NCBI GenBank assembly: GCA_964016885.1 | Contig: OZ024741.1 | Location: 171,740,001-171,804,000, forward strand | DNA: 64,000 nucleotides | Reading direction: 5' to 3' | Source: Eledone cirrhosa | Taxonomy: Eukaryota | Shown: positions 55,230 to 64,000 of the stretch, piece by piece | How positions within the stretch are numbered: position 1 is the first letter of the stretch | How the letters are laid out: each line of letters begins with the position of its first letter | The notes under the pieces: model-generated | The model's input: the letters and a program-made list of their open reading frames with translations, nothing else | Told to the model about the DNA's origin: nothing | The model's database searches: none | Translations under genes and position numbers: made by a program

Positions 55230-55420
55230 ATGACGTCTACATGACTAGAATTATTTCCTGAAATCACCAGGAATGTCTTGATGATTTCATATAAATGAAT
55301 TAGTTCTAGTCTTGTAGATGTCATATCTATAAATAGTAAAGATGCCTATACTCTACCAATGCATTGAGTAAATTATTGAGCATCTATTGTTAGCACCAAC
55401 ACCACTTGGGAACCTACATA
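55230..55420 (+). mobile_element. Hammerhead-element family D-related, old fold-back copy
   Basis: Inverted arms atgacgtctacatgactagaa / ttctagtcttgtagatgtcat around ttgatga...gaat. Confidence 0.6.
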
Positions 55421-55958
55421 TGTACATATAGCACCTGTATATGTGGATTTAGATAATATCAATAATTAAATTATTGTGTACAGTGCTCAGTTACACTACA
55501 ACTCATCAAAGGTGCATGTATAGTACATGATATACATGTGTGCTTGTGTATGGAGTGGGGATATCAGGTTGGCGAATTTCAGGAGGCAAGGAGGTTTTAA
55601 AGGATGCAGTGTTTCGGCAGCTAACAAGATGTATGTGTATGTATATTTGCTTCTATGTATATATATTTATTTACATGTGTAATTGTATGCATATGTATAT
55701 TTTATCTACCACTTTATCCTGCCAACCCCACCAACCTTTTCACTAACCCCTATATACCCACTTCCACATTCATCACTTGTTTCCTACTGACCAGTTAAAA
55801 TTTTTCCATCCTTTATCGCCTTCTTCTTTCACACAACAATACCCCTACTGCCACCACCAGCCTGCTCATCCTATCTTAATTACCCCTTATCAATTAAAAT
55901 CCCCTCCACCACCCCAAGTCTTCTTTATTTATACTGTGTCTGCCATGGAAACATTAGT

Positions 55959-56009
55959 TCTTGTCTGATGATCCTGTGATAAACAGGTGAAACTCCAAAG
56001 TAAGAAGAC
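55959..56009 (+). ncRNA. Type-I hammerhead ribozyme motif (family B; element about 55740-56094)
   Basis: tcttgt-CTGATGA-t-cctgt(gataa)acagg-t-GAAA-ctccaaag-TA-agaaga; one stem-I mismatch, restored (acaaga) in the 20.3-kb paralog. Confidence 0.8.
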
Positions 56010-56139
56010 TCATTATTTAGCCTTAATAAAATGAATATTAAAACTCTACTTCGGTATTGACTTTTCCTCTCTCTCAGCATCAACCGCATACGGATATATA
56101 TATATGTACACACACACACATATATATATATATACTGTA

Positions 56140-56490
56140 TGTATGGGTGCTACATGAGAATGCTGAGGATGGCTCTGAACATTAATCAGTATACACTGAG
56201 AATGAAGAACTCAGAGCTATATGGGAGCCTTCCAAATGTCCACTCAAAAGTAACACAGAGGAGATAGAGGTTAGCTGAACATGCTCATTAACATTCAGAG
56301 TTGACACTATACTTAGTGCTCCTGTGGGTGCCCCTACATAGACACACTAGAAGAGGGAGACCAAAGTTGACATACATTGATGCCTTAAGGACAGATACTG
56401 GTCTCTGGGAGACGCAGGACATGGCACCGATGATAAAGGGCAGAGACTGATGGAGAGAACTCGTCTATGGATCTCAGGAGTTTTACCCGT
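56140..56490 (+). mobile_element. Non-LTR (RTE-like) 3' remnant
   Basis: MGAT*ECRMALNI-like/RRGRPKLTYIDAL..DTG remnants. Confidence 0.55.
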
Positions 56491-56537
56491 CCTATATATA
56501 TATATATATATAAAAACCAAACAGGTCCTCAGTAAAA

Positions 56538-56658
56538 TTATTCCGATGAAATGACAGTTGATAATAACATTGAAATATTGAATGTCTGCATAACTAATAC
56601 TTTGTAGATAGCAGCTGTTTTCAGGTTATGTAACTGTTATAGAAACACGTGTCAATAA
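56538..56658 (+). ncRNA. Type-I hammerhead motif with long helix II (core CCGAUGA); TA-flanked element 56512-56700
   Basis: ttatt-CCGATGA-a-atgacagtt...(~72 nt)...aactgttat-a-GAAA-cacgtg-TC-aataa; palindromic helix III CACGTG. Confidence 0.75.
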
Positions 56659-56696
56659 ATTCCTTTTAACTAAACTGTATCCATTCAAATCCTTCT

Positions 56697-56732
<36 letters not shown>

Positions 56733-56737
<5 letters not shown>

Positions 56738-57350
56738 ACTAGAAATCGATTGACATATATATATATAAAATAAACATATGAAACAATCACAGGGGATAAT
56801 TTGTAAAGAGTGTAAGCACACACAGCTAGGTAGGTAACTAATTAAAGTTTAATGAGAACTTCAAATATAAATACCTTTTAAAAATGATTAATCTCCTTTG
56901 TATATATTTCATTAAATAAAGAAATATATTTCACCATCAATCGGTACATCACAGTAGTCAAATCTTGGATCTTCAGCAAAGGAGAAGATTTAACTACCCA
57001 TATTTACACAGCAAATGCAAATCTGTGAATGACTAGAAGCACATGTTGCATTTTCTTTTTAAATAGACACATCGTACCAGTGGCGTGAATAGGATTATCG
57101 ACGGCTAAAAAAATAGCAGCCAAGTCCTTTCAACTGGTACGATGTGTGTATTTTCTTTATTTAATGAAATATATACAAAGGAGATTAATCATTTTAAAAG
57201 GTATCTATATTTAAAGTTCTCGTTAAACTTTAATTAGTTACCTACCTAGCTGTGTGTGCTTACACTCTTTACAAATTATCCCCTGATCCGTGATTGTTTC
57301 ATATGTTTATTTTATATATGTATATATGTCAATCGATTACTAGTTGATAT
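56733..57350. repeat. Fold-back element with ~195-bp inverted arms
   Basis: Arms about 56733-56927 and 57150-57350; spacer contains hairpin acacatcgtaccagt/actggtacgatgtgt. Confidence 0.85.
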
Positions 57351-57526
57351 AAAGGCTTGGATCTATTCATTGGAATCTTTGAGCATATCCTACAAAGGTT
57401 ATGATGCAGGTTTCTCAGACATGGCATCCTTAATTTAATTTTCGTTATATATATATAAATATATATATATATATTGGCAACATGACCCTCCCAAAGTATA
57501 ACAATATATATATATATATATACATA

Positions 57527-57687
57527 TTTAATATAGAAAAGCTTCTTTCATGAGATATCATCAGGAAGCCCTGAGTTTCCTGATGATTTCTCACGAATGC
57601 AACAGTTCTAGTCCTGTAGAAGCTTTTCTATATTAAACATTTATACTCTGCTTTGTATTGAGTACCTTACCTAGTGTGGTTACCTCC
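57527..57687 (+). mobile_element. Hammerhead-element family D, fold-back copy
   Basis: gagtttc-CTGATGA-tttctcacgaat-GCAA-cag..ctg-TA-gaagctt, preceded by a partly deleted inverted copy; same 3' end as 35525. Confidence 0.75.
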
Positions 57688-57689
57688 AT

Positions 57690-58110
57690 CACTGTTTTAC
57701 GTCCGTTCTTCCACGCTAGCATGGGTTAGACAGGTTATCCTGTTGAGGGCAGTGTCCGGTCGGCTGACCTTGTCTTGCTCATACGGGAACTGATTCTGGC
57801 TTGATTTCTACAGCTGGATGCCCTTTCTAACACCAACCTCATTTACAGTGAGTGCTGGGTGCTTTTTTTCTGTGGCACCTACACGTCCACGTTACAGTGT
57901 GGGCTGGGTGCTTTTTTGCCGTGACACCTCCACGACCACTTTGCAGAGGAATGATAGGGACCCTAATCCTATCATCTTATTTCTACAGCTGAGTAAACTG
58001 GAGCAATGTGAAATAAAGTGTCTTGCTCAAGGAAAAAACACACCACCCTGTCCGAATATTGAACTCACAACTTTTCGATTGCAAGACCAAGGCATTAACC
58101 ACTAAGCCAT
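57690..58110 (-). mobile_element. SINE family B (with RTE-derived tail)
   Basis: Same head/tail junction as 1-180 and 10645-10967. Confidence 0.85.
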
Positions 58111-59329
58111 ATAAGATGAAAGCAGAATATTTTGCTTAAACTTTAATCTGTACTACTAATAATAATAATGTTTCTACTTTAGGCACAAGGCCATCAATTA
58201 CCCAGTGCATTACTGGTACTTTATTTTATCGACCCCGTAAGGATGACAGGCAAAGTCAACCTCGGTGGGATTTCATTTATTGGCCACAAGGGCCGACATG
58301 TAGGGGACAATACAAAGACAGGGACAGTGAGGGTTTACAATAAGGTGGAGTAAAAGTGCACAATGGCAAGACTAATTTAACAATGAAGATATACAAATAT
58401 AAAATAAACTATGCATAAATACAACAAAATAAATTCCCCGATAGGGGGTGGACGACCCTGGGGTGACTCGGGTACCCCACCAATCCTGAACCACCCTGCG
58501 CTTCTAGGGCACCCAGGGAGAGCATAATAATAATAATATATATATATATAATGCTTTCTTATATATATATAATATAATTACGATTTGTTAAGCGTTCATT
58601 ATGTTTATTGAATCAATAAACATAATGAAGGCTTAACAAATTATTATTATATTACACTCTGTCTAGCTCTACACCTCGCTACTGACGTGAACCTAAACAT
58701 CAAGTGCTCACTTGGGTGAATCTACAGTAACTTCATGTTACACTCCCTTGATATTTTTTTTTTTTTTTTGTATTTTCTGTCATGTCACATTGAAAATGTG
58801 TTGATTTAGTCAGAAGGTCAGAAGTGTTAGTGACCAGTAGATTGATTGATTGGTTAGTTGATTGATTGGCTGCTAGGTCAGTTGTTTTAGTGCAACTGTT
58901 GATTTCCAAGTAAGAGGAACTTGTTTACCAATTTACACTGCATGAGATTATGAGAAATGGGTTTTTCTTTTGTTTGTCTATACACATACAAACACACACA
59001 CACTGACACACATGCACACAAAACTTACACATATGCATACACAAATACACATGCCCTTGCATACTCAAACATCCCTTCCCACATCACACGCACATAAAAC
59101 ATACTCCCACAAACACAACCATGCACCCTCCCCCCACACACACATGCACATATAGGCCTCTACAAAGGTGTTAATATGCCAACTGGCCTACATGCCCCTC
59201 TCTTTGTTCTGGCTTGTGCTATAGATGTATCATAGATATCTTACTGCATATATTTAATTCTTGTTTCACCATGTTTCAAATAGAAGATTATACTTACAAT
59301 CATACACACACATACATAAACATTGGTGA

Positions 59330-59680
59330 CTCACATGGCTAAATGGTTAGAGCATCAGGCTTATAATCATGAGGTTGTGAGTTCAATTCTCAGGCCGAGC
59401 TTTGTGTTGCCTTCTTGAGCAAGACACTTTATTTCACGTTGCTCCAGTTCACTCAGCTGTAGAAATAAATTGCAATGGTAACAGGGGGCAAGCTGCATCG
59501 GTCTTTGCCTTTCCATTGGACAACATCGGTGATGTGGAGAAGGAAGACTGGTATGCATTGATGACTGATGGTATTCCACAAACAACCTTGTCCGGACTTG
59601 TGCCTCGGAGGGGAACTTTCTAGGTGCAAATCCCATGGTCATTCATGACTGAAGGGGTCTCTACACTTTACCCTATATGA
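59330..59680 (+). mobile_element. tRNA-CORE-like SINE with a different tail (related copy about 62580-62830)
   Basis: catggctaaatggttagagc...gtgagttcaattc...ttgagcaagacactttatttcac. Confidence 0.75.
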
Positions 59681-60349
59681 CGTTAAACGATGATGATGAT
59701 GATGATGATGATATATATATATATGGTGCCCCAGCATGGCCTCAGCCGGATGGCTGAAACAGGTAAAAGAGGGTAAAAGAGAATATATATATATATATAC
59801 ACATACACACATATATATATATACATATATATTTATATATATATACACACACACACATATATATATACTGTAAAAACTATATATATATATCATCATCATC
59901 ATCATCATCGTTTTACGTCCGCTTTTCCCTGCTTGCAAGGGTTGGATGGGTCCTATTCAGCACAGCATCTCTCCACTTGTCACGGTCCTTCGTCATCTCC
60001 TTGGGGAGTTTCAATGATCTGAGGTCTGCTCTCACCACCTCCGCCCATGTTTTTCATGGTGTACCTCTACTGCGTCTTCCTTCTACTGGGATTTCTTGGC
60101 ACTTCTTTACCCAGTGGTCATCCTCTATGTGCATTACATGTCCATACCATCTCAGCCTTCTCTACTGTAAATGTGGTGTTAGGAAGGGCATCCAGTCATA
60201 AAAAACCTGCCAGATAGACTTCCATATGAGCGAGACACATTCTCCTGACCATTCCCGTATCAAATGGAACAAAATCATCTAACCCATTCTAGTATGGAAG
60301 ATGGATGTTAAACGATGATGATGATGAAGATATATTTATATATATCATC

Positions 60350-60992
60350 ATCATCATCATCATCATCATCATCGTTTAACGTCCATATTCCACGCTTGCA
60401 TGGGTTTGGACGGGAGTTTTCCCACTTGAGGCAAGAGTGGTTGTCTTGCTCGCATAGGACTGTCTGGCGGGTTTTCTACGGCTGGATGCCCTTCCTAACA
60501 CCAACCACATTTACAGTGTGGAACTGGGAGGTTTTTACCGTGTTACCTACACGGCCACATTACAGTGTGGACTGTGTGTTTTTTTGTCGTGACACCTACA
60601 CGACCTCATTTGTTTTGGGCTGGATGTTGTGGTACCAACATAACTTTAGATTGAAAGGGGTGGTGTGGATAGGGTGGGGGTAGTGGGACGGGGGTGTATT
60701 TTGTTAGTGGTGCCTACTGACTGTAGTAGGTTTCACTTTGCACTTAGGTAAGGCGAGTCTTCTCTATTACTGTGTAGCGCCAAAAATCTCGGTCCAGTGA
60801 CATTGTTTGGAGAGGTGTGTGTGTGTGAGATCGGAATTTATCAAGTTGTCCCAGGTTTTTCTGGGTCTGCCTACGCCGTGGCTACCGTCTATTTTTATTG
60901 TCCTGCACTTTTTTATACAGCTGTTGTCTTTCATGCGCATCACGTGACTATACCAACGTAACCTTCTCTCGAATAAACAACATCTGATCCCA
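60350..60992 (-). mobile_element. RTE subfamily 3' fragment (paralog of 53080-54350, single UTR unit)
   Basis: Reverse-complement homology to 53490-54350. Confidence 0.9.
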
Positions 60993-61278
60993 TATATATA
61001 TATTATATTATGGAATACTGTTGGCTTCTTGCTACAATACTTTCTTTACCTTTCATTCATTTATATATATATATATATATATTGTTATACTTGAGAAGGG
61101 TCATGTTTGTGTAATAATATTGCCAGAATTAATAACAGAACACACTCACTGTTTGGTTGGTTTTCACTTCTGTATCTTTTATATCAGTTAATTTAATTTA
61201 TTCGGTCCCAAAGTATAACAATATTTGTTTCGACACACGATTTCATATCAAAAACCTCGCAAAACTAATTCATCACTG

Positions 61279-61314
<36 letters not shown>

Positions 61315-63493
61315 TAGTTCAACCTCAAATGAACACAGATACAATAACACAAAGGTGTGTGTATGTGCATGATAATCTACAATTAGCAACATCATCATCA
61401 CAAAACAAATGTGCCAAATATGTAGCCAAGGTTTTTTTTTAAATAACTGTAAAACCAACAAATATATCTTATCATTTATGTCACAATTAATTTACATATC
61501 TTACGTTGAAACTATTCTGCTTTCATGACTATATTTAATACTTTATGTATCTACACTCAGCTGCTATTGTACTGGTCTGTTTTCAAAATAGTAGCTCTTC
61601 TTCTTCTTCTTCTTCTTCTTCTTCTTCTTCTTCTTCTTCTCCCCCTCCTCATTCTCTTCATCCCCCCCTCCCCCTCCTCCTCCAATCATATTGCTCATAG
61701 TCTATCTCTGAGTTTCCTTCTGGCTGGTTTTGCCTGTAAAATCTTCCCAGTAATTCTTTCCTTACATATTCTAACCACATGTCTGTAATACTAGAGCTAT
61801 GATGCCTTTATTTGGAGATATTGTGTTTCTACTTGAAATATCTTCCTGATTGTCAAGCTTCATAGCTTATTGAGCCATGTTACTCCAAAGACCCTGTCGG
61901 GGAATTTCATTTCAGTCCCTTTTATTCATGTTCATATTCTTTCAGTCGTTCCCCAAGATTTGTATGTGTAGGTGCAAACACTTATTTGAAGATAGAAACT
62001 TTTACACCTATGTAAAATCTTTGATTAAATTAAACACTTTTTAGGCCAGAACACTTGAAACGACTGTTGGTAGTATAATACGAAATTGCTTATTTTAAAG
62101 TATTTATATCTATCTAAAATCTTCCATCGCAATTTTATGTAAGAAGATTTGTAAAATCATATTCCAAATACCAATTTAATAATGAACAAGCTAATTATAT
62201 TACTAAACCATTCCAAATTGTTGTTTATTCTTAAAATGATTTGAAAATCACATGCAGTGTCTTTTATTAGAACAAAATGGTGAATAATTAACATTTATAG
62301 ATTTATTCATGATAGTCTCTACCTGCTTTGCTTACCGAGACAGAAACTACTTGGTGAGTAGGTGTAAGTGTTTAAAGAGTTGGATACTTGTTTGGTGTTC
62401 AAATACCACTGAAGTCCACTTTACATTTCATAATTTGGGGGTCAATAAAGAAAGTACCAGTACAGTGGTGATTCACCTCATTCTTCTCCCAGTTGTCAGA
62501 TACTGGATATTTGACTTCATCAAAGGAGGAAGAGTCAAGGAGGTGCCTGTGTCAGCTTGTTTTTAAATAGGTATGTATAAGAGGCACATGGTAAGGGTGT
62601 TGGACTTACGATCATATTGCCTTGCGCTCGATTCTTGAACTGGGTTGTGTGTTGTGTTCTTGAGCAAAACACTTCATTTCATGTTGCTCCAGTATACTCA
62701 GTTGTAGGTGAGAACCAGCAATAGTTTCCTGTCCAGTGGGGAGTCTTGTATATGCAGTGTGCTTCATGCCTTGGAAACTGGGATAAGCACCAGTCTGATG
62801 CTTATCAGACTCGAGAAATTTTTTGTAGCTAATCTTCATTAAACCAGACATATAAATGAGACATATTTTTATGTGTAATTTAAACAAATGACGACACTTG
62901 CTTTAAGCAGTGGGAATATGAAGATGTACAGATACAGAAACGCGGACACACACACACACACACACATGCATATATATATATATACAATTAGATATACAAC
63001 AGATTTTGTCTCAGTTTCCCTCTGCTTACCAAATTCACTAAAAAGACATGGGTCAGTCTGATTAGAAAGCACTATCCCAAGGTGTCACACACTGGGACCA
63101 AACTCAAAATCAGTGACTGATAAACAAACATCTTAGACACACAATCATAGCTACTATCTAAAAGTGAGATAGGGAAACAAAAAACTGAATGAATTCTAAG
63201 TATGTTTATCATGTTTATCAATAGCACTTCTATTGGATTGGTTGTCATGCTACCCTGTACACCTGTAAATTAAGGTTTGACAGTCAAATACACTCACAAA
63301 CACAGACATATAACAGTCAAGGAAAGAGCCTTTACATGGTCACTTACCATGCTAGAAATAGCTATCACGTACCCCTCAAATCGCACTAATAATTAAAGGG
63401 AAAAAAGATACATTAGATAATGTGTATTTTAGTAGATTATTCCTAATCACCACACTGAATACAATAGCTTGAATACCTTTGATCATAGGTTTG

Positions 63494-63534
<41 letters not shown>

Positions 63535-63547
63535 TATATATATATAA

Positions 63548-63612
<65 letters not shown>

Positions 63613-63615
63613 CAC

Positions 63616-63677
<62 letters not shown>

Positions 63678-64000
63678 AGCAATATTGGCAACAGTTACAA
63701 CATCAGGATCATTGGCTGATGAAAATGTATGCAGTTTTGACACATAAAACCAGTATTGCAGGTCCATCTAGTGTCACAGTATCTGACAAAGAAGTTAAAT
63801 GCCAATTCTATACACTTTTGTGTATAGAATTAAATGTATGGCATTAAAGTCATACGATACGTGATGAAGAAGGCTGATTTGACCTGGAACCAAAAACCCA
63901 TAAAGAAAGGAATGTGCAAAGAGGGAATCATTGGCTGGCATTTACCGTCACTACTAGATGGTGTAGAAGAGAGTGAGATAAAAGACAATAGTCAGGTGAT

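Noticed and set aside
57065-57150. SECIS, twister or other ribozyme in the fold-back spacer
   Set aside because: The hairpin is real but lacks the GA/GA quartet or recognisable ribozyme core nucleotides.

Overview
This is AT-rich eukaryotic DNA, almost entirely repeats and microsatellites, with a 200-N scaffold gap at 26494-26693. The SINE/LINE repertoire suggests a cephalopod, probably an octopod (inference). There are no prokaryotic-type features, and most ORFs in the track are microsatellite read-through. Recognisable elements are a degenerate Penelope-like retroelement (RT + CxCx5C linker + C-terminal GIY-YIG) in (TA)n, a young 5'-truncated RTE LINE with many RTE fragments, R4/Dong-, CRE- and CR1-type remnants, two tRNA-derived SINE families, and hAT, mariner, piggyBac and Helitron derivatives. 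One possible host exon resembles a MARCH2/3-type E3 ligase TM2. The most striking signal is at least six sequence-distinct families of short non-coding elements embedded in (TA)n that carry type-I hammerhead ribozyme motifs, some with very long helix II. Several of these form fold-back palindromes that turn at the ribozyme, including a nested ~1.2 kb palindrome at 11796-12972. All folds and alignments were done by eye and element boundaries are approximate.
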